DNA of 64,000 nucleotides from Micavibrio sp. (GCA_020718085.1 DYDB01000005.1:4109-68108), one strand, 5' to 3'; positions 28,012 to 39,156 are shown, numbered from the stretch's first letter. Made by a program: numbers and translations. Notes: generated from the sequence alone by a model not told the origin.

Positions 28012-28575
28012 TTATTTTCCCAAATATTTAAGTGCCAACCGCACACATTCTCCCACATCTTTGATATCTTTTGGTACATTGCCCAGTGCATTACGCGCTT
28101 CAGATACACTATACCCCAAAGATCGTAGTGCATCGATCGCATCGGAATGCGTCATTGCATTCCCAATTGCCGCATCTACAGGCGCAATTACTTTGCCAGA
28201 GAGTTCCAAAATGACCTTTTCCGCTGTTTTTTTACCAATGCCTGAAACTTTTGTGAGAATACTTGTATCCTTATGCGCAATTGCTGTGGAAATTGTTGGT
28301 ACGTCTGCGATAGAAAGTATATTAAGCGCAGCTTTTGGACCAATGCCTGAAATACCGATGAGAAGTTCAAACATATCCAGCTCTTCTTTTGTCAAAAAAC
28401 CATAAAGAGAAATCTCTTGTTCGCGCACATGTGTGTGAACAAAGAAAGACGCATCACCGTCAACTTTTTCCACAGCAAATCCAGACAAAAATACTTCATA
28501 TCCCACATCATGCACATCCAAGATCACAGAGTCTTTTGTCTTGGAAATGATATAACCCTTGAGATAACCGATCAT
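28012..28575 (-). CDS. ruvA: Holliday junction DNA helicase RuvA
   Basis: 'MIGYLKG' start, HhH motif 'LIGISGIGPKAALNILS', and a C-terminal domain III. Confidence 0.9.
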   Translation of the reverse strand: MIGYLKGYIISKTKDSVILDVHDVGYEVFLSGFAVEKVDGDASFFVHTHVREQEISLYGFLTKEELDMFELLIGISGIGPKAALNILSIADVPTISTAIAHKDTSILTKVSGIGKKTAEKVILELSGKVIAPVDAAIGNAMTHSDAIDALRSLGYSVSEARNALGNVPKDIKDVGECVRLALKYLGK

Positions 28576-28821
28576 AAATAAATAGTAATTAAAAACATTA
28601 GATCCATAGACAAGTAGTATACAAAATGATCTTTATAATAACAATGTCTCCTGTCACAAGTGTACCACTTTCACAGTACCATTGCCAAAAACAAAGTTCT
28701 ATGCTACAAATAAGAAACGATTGTTTTTGTAGATTTCTCAGTTCTGCAAACATGATCGGTATCTAAATGCTCACCATAGGTGCTTGCAAGCACCACTAAC
28801 TATCATATATATCATAAAACT

Positions 28822-29094
28822 ATGCCAATCATTGATGCAGCAAAGAAGTACGTAAAAGTCACTGCCAAAAAAACAGAGGCAAATCGCAAAACACGCGGAG
28901 CTTATCGAAATGCGATCAAAAAACTTGAAAAAGCAATTGTAGCAAATGATACCAAAGAAATTGACACTTATCTGAAACTCTCACAAAAAGCCCTTGATAA
29001 AGCAGTACAAAAAAATGTGATTAAGAAAAATACAGCTGCCCGCAAGAAATCCCGTCTCAACAAAAAAGTAGTTGCAATAAAGAAGAAAAAATAA
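28822..29094 (+). CDS. rpsT: 30S ribosomal protein S20
   Basis: 'MPIIDAAKKYVKVTAKKTEANRKTRGAYRNAIKK' is Lys/Ala-rich and matches S20 in length and profile. The ORF-track start at 28780 is a likely extension. Confidence 0.75.
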   Translation: MPIIDAAKKYVKVTAKKTEANRKTRGAYRNAIKKLEKAIVANDTKEIDTYLKLSQKALDKAVQKNVIKKNTAARKKSRLNKKVVAIKKKK

Positions 29095-29113
29095 CATTTC
29101 TTTAGACACACAG

Positions 29114-29144
29114 ACATCATCCCCAGCGATGATGTTTTTGTTTG
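29114..29144 (+). terminator. Intrinsic terminator after rpsT (acatcatccccagcgatgatgt followed by a T-run)
   Basis: Seen directly. Confidence 0.65.
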
Positions 29145-29193
29145 TAAAAAAGTCCCTACTAATCATTTTTTGATTGGTAGGGACTTATTCTGT

Positions 29194-30303
29194 TCATGAT
29201 GCAGCATCATAGCGCCAATTTAACATGTGTCCTGACAAAAATGGAACGGCCATTGTGTGTGCACCAATTGCGCGCTCTTGGGCAATTATACCCTCCGCAC
29301 GTGTCAGTTGTACCATATTCTCACTTGGCGCAAATCCATAAAAATCAGGACCGCGTATGGCAGAAAAATCTTCCAAGATCTCCAGGGCACCAAGTTTTTC
29401 AAAAGCGTGTGCATATAATTCCAATGCATACGGCGATGTAAAACACCCACCTTTTCCATCATAGTATTTTTGATATTTTCCATGTGGCGCACTGTCCGTT
29501 CCCAAGAAAAAACGCCTATGAAAAATTGCTCGCGACACCATCATTTGATCTTCGGCAGAATTAATGATCGGAAAACAAAAATTATGCGGTTGTAGTCCGC
29601 CCATAAATAAATGATTTCTATTGAGCATGATGTGTTGTGGTGTAATTGTTGCAGCAATTCTGTCTGACGCATCCATCACAAATTGCACAGCATCTTTGGT
29701 TGATACATGCTCAATAATAATGCGCAGTGACGGAAATTTCTGTGCAATCACGGAAAGATGCCTATGAATGAAAACTCTCTCTCGATCAAAAAAATCTACA
29801 TTCGCATCAGTTACTTCACAATGTACACTAAGAATCATATCCAGATCCTGCATTACAGAAAGCACGGGAAACAATTTTTCAATTGCTGTGACACCTTTGT
29901 GAGACTGAGTGGTTGCACCCATCGGATATAATTTCGCCACACAAATACCTGCCGCATGAGCCGTACGCATGATCATTGGTGTGATCTCATCAGTGAGATA
30001 AATTGGCACGATCACTCGAAAGCTTTGATCATTTTCTTGTCCATATTTTTCAGCAGATCTCTGGTACAAGATCACAACACGTACGCATGTGAGCGGTTCA
30101 AAAGTATTGGGCATTGCCACAGCACATGCAAACTGTCGTGCACTATACGGCACAGTAAAAAACAACTGATCCAGCTCGCGAAAATGTGCATGCGCGTCAA
30201 AACCACTCTTCATCCGCAAAGTCATATGGCCGTCTTTTTCAATAATATCCATGCTATCTCCTTTGATTTCTTCGATTTTTAATGAAACAATATTCTTTTG
30301 CAT
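29194..30303 (-). CDS. pyrC: Dihydroorotase (type II, E. coli PyrC-like)
   Basis: Long colinear similarity to E. coli PyrC. Examples are 'AATITPQHIMLNRNH', 'FLGTDSAPH' and 'GGCFTSPYALELYA'. Confidence 0.85.
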   Translation of the reverse strand: MQKNIVSLKIEEIKGDSMDIIEKDGHMTLRMKSGFDAHAHFRELDQLFFTVPYSARQFACAVAMPNTFEPLTCVRVVILYQRSAEKYGQENDQSFRVIVPIYLTDEITPMIMRTAHAAGICVAKLYPMGATTQSHKGVTAIEKLFPVLSVMQDLDMILSVHCEVTDANVDFFDRERVFIHRHLSVIAQKFPSLRIIIEHVSTKDAVQFVMDASDRIAATITPQHIMLNRNHLFMGGLQPHNFCFPIINSAEDQMMVSRAIFHRRFFLGTDSAPHGKYQKYYDGKGGCFTSPYALELYAHAFEKLGALEILEDFSAIRGPDFYGFAPSENMVQLTRAEGIIAQERAIGAHTMAVPFLSGHMLNWRYDAAS

Positions 30304-30384
30304 CTTTGGTTGCTATCATGTCATATGCGTGAGGAAAAATCAATGAGAATCACATTTTTCAAAATATATTTTATACTAGTATAA

Positions 30385-30420
30385 AACCCCTGCAAAAATT
30401 CTTTTGCAGGGGTTTCTTTT
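30385..30420. terminator. Bidirectional intrinsic terminator (cccctgcaaaa attc ttttgcagggg)
   Basis: 11-bp perfect stem flanked by A and T runs. Confidence 0.7.
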
Positions 30421-30427
30421 TATCACC

Positions 30428-31489
30428 TCACTTGCGAGCATATGCACGATCTATAATGCTTTTCATGCGCCATGGTCTCGTAATTGCTCCTGTTGCTACA
30501 AAAACCGAGTCTGCACCCGCATCAAAAAACAGGTCAACATCTCTTTTACGACGAATGCCATTGCCGCCATTGATATGTTTTTCAAATCCGTGCTCTCGCA
30601 TCGCGGCAATGTAATTTACAGCAAGAGGCAAAACTTGCGGACCGGAAAATGAACCTCCTCCAAATTTTTCAAGTGGCGACTCATATACTCCAGTCTCATA
30701 GGAGCAGTGTTTTGTATCACACGCACGCCACCAGTCAATTGTGTGCCAACCGACAAATACAGGGCTGGAGATACACAGTCCGTCACATGCAGGATGTTCT
30801 CCAATTGCAATAGCTATATCCACCGGCGTTGTTGCAATACTGATCTTGATCATAAGCGGCACATTCAATATTTGAAAAACGGTTAAGAAATCACCGATTT
30901 CTTTATCAAATATGTGTAAATCACTTTGGTTAATGCATGCGAGATCAATCTGTATACCCATCGGGGCCAATGCCACAACATGACTTTTTGCAATCGCACA
31001 AAAATCTTTTGCCTCTTGCAACCTCTCTGCTCTCGTTCTGGCAACTGGCACAAACGAGATCCAAAATGGTTTGGGGTGTTCTTGCCATTGCCCGCGATCG
31101 AAAAGACTCCGTGCACCGGGACCGGTAAAACCCTCTGCGCGCCATGATTGGTTGCGCAAAAAATCATATTTGATACATTCTGGAAACCATTCCACAGGCT
31201 GATAGGTCTCACGATCCAAGCGTAAATTTCCTGCGCGATAGCGAGGGTCACAGTCATCAGGATAACGCCGTTCAAGCGTCGTTGCTTTAGCAACAAATGT
31301 CACACCTTCAAACGTCAGCCCGAGTAATTGTAAAATGCGATAGTGTTTGTACCCTTCACCAAAAAAACTTCTCACACCAGACGCATCCCATATTGGACCA
31401 AAATCAATGTCACGTATGATCGTACCCATACAAACCCCCTTGTGAGCTGTAAATTTATAGTCAAAGAACCAAAAATCTCCTCGTTGCAC
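30428..31489 (-). CDS. Dihydroorotate dehydrogenase family (PyrD-like TIM-barrel flavoprotein)
   Basis: 'IKISIA', 'GGGSFSGPQVLPLAV' and 'NGGNGI' resemble DHOD substrate and FMN motifs. It is adjacent to pyrC. The N-terminal 20 aa of the ORF are likely an extension. Confidence 0.55.
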   Translation of the reverse strand: MQRGDFWFFDYKFTAHKGVCMGTIIRDIDFGPIWDASGVRSFFGEGYKHYRILQLLGLTFEGVTFVAKATTLERRYPDDCDPRYRAGNLRLDRETYQPVEWFPECIKYDFLRNQSWRAEGFTGPGARSLFDRGQWQEHPKPFWISFVPVARTRAERLQEAKDFCAIAKSHVVALAPMGIQIDLACINQSDLHIFDKEIGDFLTVFQILNVPLMIKISIATTPVDIAIAIGEHPACDGLCISSPVFVGWHTIDWWRACDTKHCSYETGVYESPLEKFGGGSFSGPQVLPLAVNYIAAMREHGFEKHINGGNGIRRKRDVDLFFDAGADSVFVATGAITRPWRMKSIIDRAYARK

Positions 31490-31528
31490 CGTATTGTGCC
31501 ATAGAGAAAATCTTTTGGCAATTTTTTG

Positions 31529-32470
31529 TTATACATTCACCACAAAAAGATCCAACGCGCTATAAATATCGCGCTTGCCCGTTTTGATCTCACGATCGAG
31601 AATGGTAAGGTGACGATGCGCATTTGTTAACATTTTTTGTGAAATAGTTTTTATAACCGAGAGTGATTTTTGAACAACAAAGGGATGAACGCCGGCATTT
31701 TTTGCGATCAGCGTCTTATCCTGTATTTTTCCCCATTCTGATGCATTTCCAACTAAAAGTAATGTGCGAATGTGATACGCATACATACTAAATACATAGA
31801 AAGGATCATCACCTTTGGCAAGTTGTTTTTTCAGAAGTGCAAGAGCACGCCCCTTATCGTGAGAAGTTAACGCCTCAATTGTTACAAACATATCCGCATC
31901 CACTTGTCCGTGCACAAGCATATGCACATCGCCAATGACAATTTCTCGCCCCTGCGCGTATGCTACTAATTTTTCAATTTCTTGTACAAGATGCCATAGA
32001 TCGTTATTTACATAAAGGATCAATTCCTCAACAGCATCTCTGTCGATCTTTCCACCTTTGTCCTTTACACATGATATGATCCACGAAGATAGCTCCCGCC
32101 CAAGTAGTTTTTTACCCTCAATGATTTCATCGGCATTTTCACCAAGCCAACCTGCAAGAAATGCATTTTTTCTCGGTATGCCGGTTTCCCAAAAGACAAT
32201 ATGATCTTTTTGTGTAATCGCTTTTTGCAAGGTCTTTTGTTCTTCAATTTTTGTCGTTTGGATAAAATTTTTGATAATGATCATTTTTTCAGAAGCAAAA
32301 AGGTCTTGTGCACCAAATATGCCGCATATTTCGGATATATCACACCTTTCTCCACAGTCAAAAGATATAATATTTCCTTTTCCTTCCATTTTTTTCATAT
32401 ACACATTTTTTATTTCTTCCACTTTGTGAAATGTTGTATATGTTTCTTCGCCAAATATGTACGTGAGCAT
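31529..32470 (-). CDS. holA: DNA polymerase III delta subunit
   Basis: Size 313 aa, with an N-terminal 'IFGEE' start and overall delta-subunit architecture. Assigned by pattern, moderate confidence. Confidence 0.65.
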   Translation of the reverse strand: MLTYIFGEETYTTFHKVEEIKNVYMKKMEGKGNIISFDCGERCDISEICGIFGAQDLFASEKMIIIKNFIQTTKIEEQKTLQKAITQKDHIVFWETGIPRKNAFLAGWLGENADEIIEGKKLLGRELSSWIISCVKDKGGKIDRDAVEELILYVNNDLWHLVQEIEKLVAYAQGREIVIGDVHMLVHGQVDADMFVTIEALTSHDKGRALALLKKQLAKGDDPFYVFSMYAYHIRTLLLVGNASEWGKIQDKTLIAKNAGVHPFVVQKSLSVIKTISQKMLTNAHRHLTILDREIKTGKRDIYSALDLFVVNV

Positions 32471-32550
32471 AGTTTTTCCACTAAAAAAGCGTTCATCTGC
32501 ACATTATAGCACATCCATGAACGCTTTTTATCTTTCATTTTTACAAAGAC

Positions 32551-33801
32551 CTATTCTTCTGTTGTCGCAGCAGTTGATGCCGGTGCAGCAGCCTCTTGTT
32601 CACGTTTCACCTTCTCTTCTGCACGATCTTCTGCTGTGCCAGGATCCCACTTTATTGTCTTGCCGGATGACACAACTTGTAACCAAATCTGCCCTGGTAC
32701 AAAATGGATCTCTTTTCCAGCAGCATCATAAAATGCAAATGGTTTTTTATCCCCGCGTTCTTTCTTCCACATACCAATAATTTCTTGCCCATTCATGTAA
32801 AATTGCGCTTCACCTTCAGTTTTTGTGTCAAACCATGGATCACCAAGCTGGAAGTTTGGATATTGACCGGTATCATTTTTTTGATGTGCGTCATCTACAC
32901 CGGCCCACGGATCACGAAGCCCTTGTGAGACATAGTCTGTATCGGTGTAAAAAGCGTCTTTTTTTGTTTGAATGACAATGACATTTTTTGGTGACACACG
33001 TTCTTTTGTTGCAAAATCATATTCTTCCTTTTTATTGAAAAGGCGGTCATAGGAATTTGTGTCGGGATTATATTCATAATGCACACGGAATGGATTTTCA
33101 TATCCTACTGTAAGAATGCCATATGCCGGTCGTTGATCTTTGGCGATTTCTCCTTGATGCTGAAATCCGGTAAATGTGTTTTGATTGGAATATCCATATT
33201 CACCTGCTGATTTGATGAGCTCCGGCATAGATGTAAATGCCCGATCTTCCATATCCAATGGCACCAAAGCCGTATCGGCACGAAAACATGCAGAAGCCCC
33301 TGCATTTACTCCGCCATCAGCACATGTCAAACTATTCATTACCTTATTATCCAAAAGATTCTTTGTCACACTATCACCGCCCCAGAGAACGAACACCGCA
33401 TCAATTGAATTCGCCACATTCATGAAATCCACGCGCCCAGAACGCATCGGCCCAATTTGTGTTGGTGCATTGCACCCAAAAACACCCATTACACGTGTGC
33501 CGTCATGAATCGCGCGATGTGGCATTTCTACCACCATATCCGCCTTCGTAATATTAGAAAAATATGGTCGCGTTTCCACATCACCGCTATACATCACCCC
33601 AAAAGGACGTTTATCATAATTTTCACATGCCAGACCTGTGATCGGACTTGCATTTGCGGGTTTTTCATATGGCACAATTCCTCCCACAGCTTCCTCTTCC
33701 GAAGATATTTCCTTCGCATCTTTTTTCTTACATCCACATCCTGCAAGTGCAATCACAGCAATGCACCCAATGCTGATCGCATATACATATCCTTTTTTCA
33801 T
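32551..33801 (-). CDS. DUF3048-like lipoprotein (YerB family)
   Basis: Lipobox 'IALAGCGC'. Size 416 aa. A C-terminal Ala/Glu-rich tail. Confidence 0.55.
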   Translation of the reverse strand: MKKGYVYAISIGCIAVIALAGCGCKKKDAKEISSEEEAVGGIVPYEKPANASPITGLACENYDKRPFGVMYSGDVETRPYFSNITKADMVVEMPHRAIHDGTRVMGVFGCNAPTQIGPMRSGRVDFMNVANSIDAVFVLWGGDSVTKNLLDNKVMNSLTCADGGVNAGASACFRADTALVPLDMEDRAFTSMPELIKSAGEYGYSNQNTFTGFQHQGEIAKDQRPAYGILTVGYENPFRVHYEYNPDTNSYDRLFNKKEEYDFATKERVSPKNVIVIQTKKDAFYTDTDYVSQGLRDPWAGVDDAHQKNDTGQYPNFQLGDPWFDTKTEGEAQFYMNGQEIIGMWKKERGDKKPFAFYDAAGKEIHFVPGQIWLQVVSSGKTIKWDPGTAEDRAEEKVKREQEAAAPASTAATTEE

Positions 33802-33874
33802 ATGTTGTTTACATTTTTAGTTAATATTCTGCCGCTAGTATAGCACATATCAGGTGATACGTGCCAGTATGCCA

Positions 33875-36538
33875 CTATAATTCACTCCAACTCGTACCTT
33901 GGGACACATCTACAACAAGTGGCACCTTAAGCACACACACCTGCTCCATAATGCGTACCATATTTTGTGCAAATTCATCTGCCAATCCCGCTCGTACTTC
34001 AAAAATGATCTCATCATGGATCTGCAATACAGCATATCCCTCATTATTTTGATATGCCTTGGCTATGTAACGATCAGCCGCGATCATCGCAAGTTTCATA
34101 ATATCTGCTGCAAGACCTTGGATTGGCATGTTGATTGCTGCACGTTCCCCGGCTGCACGGAGTTGAAAATTCTTCGATTGAATTTCTTTGACATAACGTC
34201 TTCGACCAAATAATGTCTCCACGTAACCACGTTCCGCAGCCTGTTTTTTTGTGTTTTCAATATATGCTTTTACACCGGAAAATTTTTCAAAATACGCTGC
34301 GATAAATTTCTTCGCTTCTTTAGAATCAATACCGGCCGCACGCGCAAAACCAAATTGTCCCATGCCATAGATCAAACCAAAATTCAGCTCTTTGGCACTT
34401 CTGCGCTGTTCCTTTGTGATTTCTTCCGGTGCAACTCCCAAAACTTGTGCTGCAGTATATGTGTGAATATCCATACCATCATTAAATGCCTTGATCAAAA
34501 CAGGATCATCACTCACATGTGCAACACAGCGCAGGTCAATTTGTGAATAATCAACACTTACAAAAACGTATCCTTTTTTAGAAACAAATCCCTCCCGTAG
34601 CCGTCGCCCATCTTCCGTGCGAATGGGAATGTTTTGCAAGTTTGGATCTGATGAAGATAAACGGCCCGTAGTCGCCACTGCTTGATTAAATGTGGTATGG
34701 ATACGATCTTCCGCATCCGTCAATGTCGGTAAAACATCTACATATGTGGTCTTGAGCTTAAATAATTCACGATATCTCTCAATTGCCGTAACGATCGGAT
34801 GTACATCACGAATTTTTTCCAATTCATCAGATGCCGTGGAAAATCCTGTTTTGGTCTTTTTGATATTCTGTGTTGGTATGTGTAATTTATCAAAAAGGAT
34901 GACCCGCAATTGTTGTGTGGAGTTAATGTTAAATATCTCACCTGCGTGATCAAAGATTGTTTTGGTCAATGTTTCGATTTCATCGTTAATCACTTGCGCG
35001 ATTTCTCCAAAACGCACTTTGTCCAAGGCGATTCCACGCTCTTCCATTGCAAAAAGTACGTGGATAAGAGGCATTTCGATAGTATTCAATACAGTTTTGA
35101 TATTTGCCTTGTCGTTTTGTGTTGTGATAATTTCATCGATCTTTGCGCAAAAATGTGCATGAATTTGCACGGTATGAAATGCTCGTGTACATGACTCTGC
35201 GATCTGTTCTTCCGCATCACGCAACATGAGCGACATTTGCGCACTTGTTTTTTTTGTTTCTGTTACCACACCAAGCACATCAAACGCCAAAGCTGAAAGA
35301 TCAAATTTCTTATTTTGTTGCACAACGTATGCTTGCAAGAGCACATCATCGACCACACCCTGTATGACAATGTGCCACTTATACAATTGATGCATTATTT
35401 TTTTGAGATCATATACAACTTTTCGTGCTGTGTTGTTCGTGAGATATTTTTGAATCTCTTTTTTTGTCTTTGTTGTATATGGCACATAATATGTTTGATG
35501 ATCATCACACAAGGTAAACCCATGTAATTGCGCCCCATCCACATCCATTGCGATGCCAACGATCTTTTCTGACAATTCTTCACATACATGTGCCACCTCA
35601 TTCTCTGACACGACTGTCATGAGCATCTTTTTTTCTTTTACATTTGTTTGTCCTTGTGATGCTGTTGACTTCGGAAAACGTCTCAATAAACTGTTAAATC
35701 CAAATTTATGAAAAACTGGACGCGCCTGTTCAAACGTCATCTGTGCTGTGCGCGTACGCTCCAGATCGAGAATCGAGAGAGACACATCGGTACGAATTGT
35801 GCCAAGTGTACGAGAGAGGTATGCGCGATCCTTATCTGTTTCCAGTTTTTTCCGTACACTTTCTTTGATATCTGCAAGGTGTGCATAGATATGATCCAGA
35901 TCATGGTATGCCGACAATAACTCCACAGCTGTTTTTTCCCCAATACCTTTTACGCCCGGTATGTTATCACTTGTATCACCGCGCAGCCCTTTATAATCTA
36001 TGATCTGCTCCACTGTCACACCCATCTTATCTCTGACCAAACTTTGGTCATATAGCACCATGTCATGCAAACCGCGCGACATGGTAAATACACGCACATG
36101 ATCATTTACAAGCTGCAACGTATCTTTATCTCCCGTCACGATCACAACATCCACATCACTATCCATATGTGTCGCAATTGTCCCGATCACATCATCCGCC
36201 TCAAAACCCTCCTTTTCCACGATCGTAATGCCCAGAGATCGCACAACATCTCTCACCAGATCAAATTGCGGCACAAGGTCTTCCGGTGTTTCTTTACGTT
36301 TTGCTTTGTACTCAGGAAACAAATCATGACGGAAATTTTTTCCCGCCACATCAAAGGATGCCACAATATATTCCGGTTGGAACTTCTCCAAAACTGTAAA
36401 AAGCGTTGATACAAAACCATATACTGCATTGGTCTGCACGCCATCGTCAGTTGTCAGTGGTGGAATTGCATGATACGCACGATGAATGATCGCATTACCA
36501 TCAAGTAAAAGCAGTATTTTTTTCTTATTTTTTGTCAT
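33875..36538 (-). CDS. polA: DNA polymerase I
   Basis: 5'-3' exonuclease N-terminus 'LLLDGNAIIHRAYHA'. Polymerase motifs A 'VSVDYSQIDLR', B 'RRSAKELNFGLIYG' and C 'LQIHDEIIFE'. Confidence 0.95.
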   Translation of the reverse strand: MTKNKKKILLLLDGNAIIHRAYHAIPPLTTDDGVQTNAVYGFVSTLFTVLEKFQPEYIVASFDVAGKNFRHDLFPEYKAKRKETPEDLVPQFDLVRDVVRSLGITIVEKEGFEADDVIGTIATHMDSDVDVVIVTGDKDTLQLVNDHVRVFTMSRGLHDMVLYDQSLVRDKMGVTVEQIIDYKGLRGDTSDNIPGVKGIGEKTAVELLSAYHDLDHIYAHLADIKESVRKKLETDKDRAYLSRTLGTIRTDVSLSILDLERTRTAQMTFEQARPVFHKFGFNSLLRRFPKSTASQGQTNVKEKKMLMTVVSENEVAHVCEELSEKIVGIAMDVDGAQLHGFTLCDDHQTYYVPYTTKTKKEIQKYLTNNTARKVVYDLKKIMHQLYKWHIVIQGVVDDVLLQAYVVQQNKKFDLSALAFDVLGVVTETKKTSAQMSLMLRDAEEQIAESCTRAFHTVQIHAHFCAKIDEIITTQNDKANIKTVLNTIEMPLIHVLFAMEERGIALDKVRFGEIAQVINDEIETLTKTIFDHAGEIFNINSTQQLRVILFDKLHIPTQNIKKTKTGFSTASDELEKIRDVHPIVTAIERYRELFKLKTTYVDVLPTLTDAEDRIHTTFNQAVATTGRLSSSDPNLQNIPIRTEDGRRLREGFVSKKGYVFVSVDYSQIDLRCVAHVSDDPVLIKAFNDGMDIHTYTAAQVLGVAPEEITKEQRRSAKELNFGLIYGMGQFGFARAAGIDSKEAKKFIAAYFEKFSGVKAYIENTKKQAAERGYVETLFGRRRYVKEIQSKNFQLRAAGERAAINMPIQGLAADIMKLAMIAADRYIAKAYQNNEGYAVLQIHDEIIFEVRAGLADEFAQNMVRIMEQVCVLKVPLVVDVSQGTSWSEL

Positions 36539-36625
36539 AAAAATTCATCAATATTTGTATTTGTATCATACCACATTGATAAAAAAGAAAAGCGACGGGC
36601 ATTGCTGCACGTCGCTAGGATGAGG

Positions 36626-36835
36626 TTATTTTTTTGAACCGATAAACACTTTGTGTCCATCGATCATTATTACTTGGGTTGCAAAGACATCATCCTCACT
36701 AGATGCGACCCAGAGTGTTTTTCCATCGCCCCATTTTTCAATTGGGACGCAAAAACCCAAACCCTTGGCAATTTCTCCTTTCGCCACAGCATGTGCAGCA
36801 GTCAAGAGAAAATCACCCTTTTTCAAAGTCTCCAT
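36626..36835 (-). CDS. Hypothetical small protein (69 aa)
   Basis: ORF followed by a hairpin at 36588-36613. Confidence 0.3.
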   Translation of the reverse strand: METLKKGDFLLTAAHAVAKGEIAKGLGFCVPIEKWGDGKTLWVASSEDDVFATQVIMIDGHKVFIGSKK

Positions 36836-36923
36836 ATTTTCTCCTTATTATAAGGGATTAATTAAATAAATATAAACAAACTTTGACATTCAATTATATC
36901 ATAAAATATAACAAATGTCAATA

Positions 36924-37850
36924 TCACTTACCCACACCACTATTTGCATCCAAAAACTGTCGCATCATTGAACGTGAGGCTTCTATACCGGCTAAGTCCA
37001 TATCCCGTGCCATATCTGCATTTTTAACATCATCTGCGTAGGCAGATTTTCCAAAATCAATCACGAAAGGCAACCCGGTTTTTTTACAGATCATGATATT
37101 ACGCGGAGCGAGATCATTATGAAAAACCTTTTTTTGTTCATGTAGTGCTGTGATATATTTTTTCAGTCGATCAAAAAAATCGTTAATGTCAAAATTTGGA
37201 GGTAATGGCGCTTTCCCCCGTGCTGCCAATTCAAAATTTACCGCATCCAGCTCTTCCATCACAATAACCGTCAAATCACCTCCGCTGATCGTTTCTTTGA
37301 CAAATGGGGTACGCACACCAGCCACCTCAAAACCACTCAGTTCATTAAGAAATCGCGCTTCTTGCGATACAGAGTTTTCCCTCGCATAACTTACATCATT
37401 GATGACTTTTTTGACACATAAACCCGGCTGATGCGCCAATTTATATACACGGGCAATATTTCCCGAACCCAAGAATAGTTCTTGGTCTGCCGTGGAAGCA
37501 TCGATATCATATACCATGCGCAAGCGTGCCTTGATCACATCACGATCTTTTTCTTGTGAAGATAATCCCGCACGCAAAAACTCCAATGCATTCTTACGTT
37601 TTTGAATGAGGTTTTCCACATAGCAACACGCATCCGCCATCGTCATGATCTTTCGTTCATAAACATCATCGAGCAATTGATCTTCCAATTTTTCGCGCAT
37701 TTCCACAAGACCCAGCTCGCTCAGCTGGTTCAAAAGATCATCAAAAGAATCATCCGTATATATTTCCTTTTGTGTACTTGCTAAAAGATCCTCTATGGGT
37801 TCTCTTTTTTGCGTTTTTGCCACAGGAGCAAAAACTTTTTCAAAATTCAT
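36924..37850 (-). CDS. Protein kinase-like fold protein (ePK/APH-type phosphotransferase)
   Basis: G-loop 'LGSGNIARVY', beta3 Lys 'CVKKV', catalytic loop 'HNDLAPRNIMI', and 'IDFGKS' (DFG). Confidence 0.6.
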   Translation of the reverse strand: MNFEKVFAPVAKTQKREPIEDLLASTQKEIYTDDSFDDLLNQLSELGLVEMREKLEDQLLDDVYERKIMTMADACCYVENLIQKRKNALEFLRAGLSSQEKDRDVIKARLRMVYDIDASTADQELFLGSGNIARVYKLAHQPGLCVKKVINDVSYARENSVSQEARFLNELSGFEVAGVRTPFVKETISGGDLTVIVMEELDAVNFELAARGKAPLPPNFDINDFFDRLKKYITALHEQKKVFHNDLAPRNIMICKKTGLPFVIDFGKSAYADDVKNADMARDMDLAGIEASRSMMRQFLDANSGVGK

Positions 37851-37854
37851 TGCT

Positions 37855-38619
37855 TTATTGTGTGATTTTCACAGACAAGATCTTTATCTCCTCCACAGGC
37901 TTATCCATCGCTCCCGTTTCTACATTTTCGATCTCTGTCACAACATCCATTCCGGCTGTTATTTTACCAAAGACCGTGTGTTTGGTATCCAAATAATTGT
38001 TGTCGTTCACGTTGATAAAAAATTGGCTGCCATTGGTACCATGTCCGGAATTTGCCATTGCGATCGTGCCAGTATTATTTTTGTTGTTTGCATGAATTTC
38101 ATCATCGAATTTATAATCCGGTCCACCTGTCCCCGTGCCTGTCGGATCACCACCTTGGATCATAAAATCCTTGATCACACGATGAAAGATCACGCCATCA
38201 TAAAATCCGTTTTGTGCAAGCGTACAGAAATTTGCCACAGTGATCGGTGCGTCATCATTATAAAATGAAATTGTGACATCGCCCTTGCTCGTTGTGATCG
38301 TTGCGCTTTTGCATGTTTGCGCAAGGCTCATGTTAATTTGAGATGGAATGTTTTCCATAATTTGCTTTTCATTAATAGTTGTTTGTGTTGGCTCTTCTTC
38401 CAGTACGTTCATTGCTTCTTCAATTTTTTTATTTTGTTCTTCCGTTGCTTTTGCAATATTTTCCCGCGACGTTTTATTGACTGACGCTATTGTATCGATG
38501 TATCCTTTTGCTTTTTCTGTTTCTTGTTGCGATTTGTTCGTCAGAACCTCTTGTTGTTCACACCCCGTAAAGATCATACACCCTCCGAGAAATAGAGCGA
38601 TTGCAATATTTTTTTTCAT
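37855..38619 (-). CDS. Cyclophilin-type peptidyl-prolyl cis-trans isomerase, lipoprotein
   Basis: 'FHRVIKDFMIQGGDPTGTGTGGP' is the cyclophilin signature. Lipobox 'LFLGGC'. Confidence 0.9.
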   Translation of the reverse strand: MKKNIAIALFLGGCMIFTGCEQQEVLTNKSQQETEKAKGYIDTIASVNKTSRENIAKATEEQNKKIEEAMNVLEEEPTQTTINEKQIMENIPSQINMSLAQTCKSATITTSKGDVTISFYNDDAPITVANFCTLAQNGFYDGVIFHRVIKDFMIQGGDPTGTGTGGPDYKFDDEIHANNKNNTGTIAMANSGHGTNGSQFFINVNDNNYLDTKHTVFGKITAGMDVVTEIENVETGAMDKPVEEIKILSVKITQ

Positions 38620-38624
38620 ATTTT

Positions 38625-39053
38625 TTATATGTTAATAACATATTTATGCGTTGTGTCATCAATCCATTCACATGTGATATGCACAAACTTTTCCGGCAAA
38701 AGATCTTGGATATGTTCCGGCCATTCAATGATCACGACATTTTTAGGATCATCAATGATCTCCTGCCACCCCAATTCTATCATATCATCACTCTTGATGC
38801 GATATGCATCAATATGATACATTCGCACAAATTCGCGCAATGTAATGTCATATTGTTTCATAATAGTAAATGTGGGACTGGTATACGGACCCTCCGCGCC
38901 ACAATACTGCAATATGCCCTGGGCAAGCGTTGTCTTACCGCCTCCAAGCTCACCATACAGACAAATGACACGGTTGCCGTCGCGTACTTGATCCATAATA
39001 TCCTTTGCCAATGCGTACGTTTGTGCAATTGATGATGAAATAATGGTTTTCAT
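38625..39053 (-). CDS. tsaE: tRNA threonylcarbamoyladenosine biosynthesis protein TsaE
   Basis: 'LYGELGGGKTTLAQGI' is the Walker A motif. Size 142 aa. Confidence 0.85.
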   Translation of the reverse strand: MKTIISSSIAQTYALAKDIMDQVRDGNRVICLYGELGGGKTTLAQGILQYCGAEGPYTSPTFTIMKQYDITLREFVRMYHIDAYRIKSDDMIELGWQEIIDDPKNVVIIEWPEHIQDLLPEKFVHITCEWIDDTTHKYVINI

Positions 39054-39156
39054 ACCTCTCAGAATACGCTATTTTTCTGACAGAAGCAATAATGTTTGAC
39101 AAAGAAAGTGTCTGTTGATACTCTGTACTATCACACAGTAAGAAATATGCTCTGTT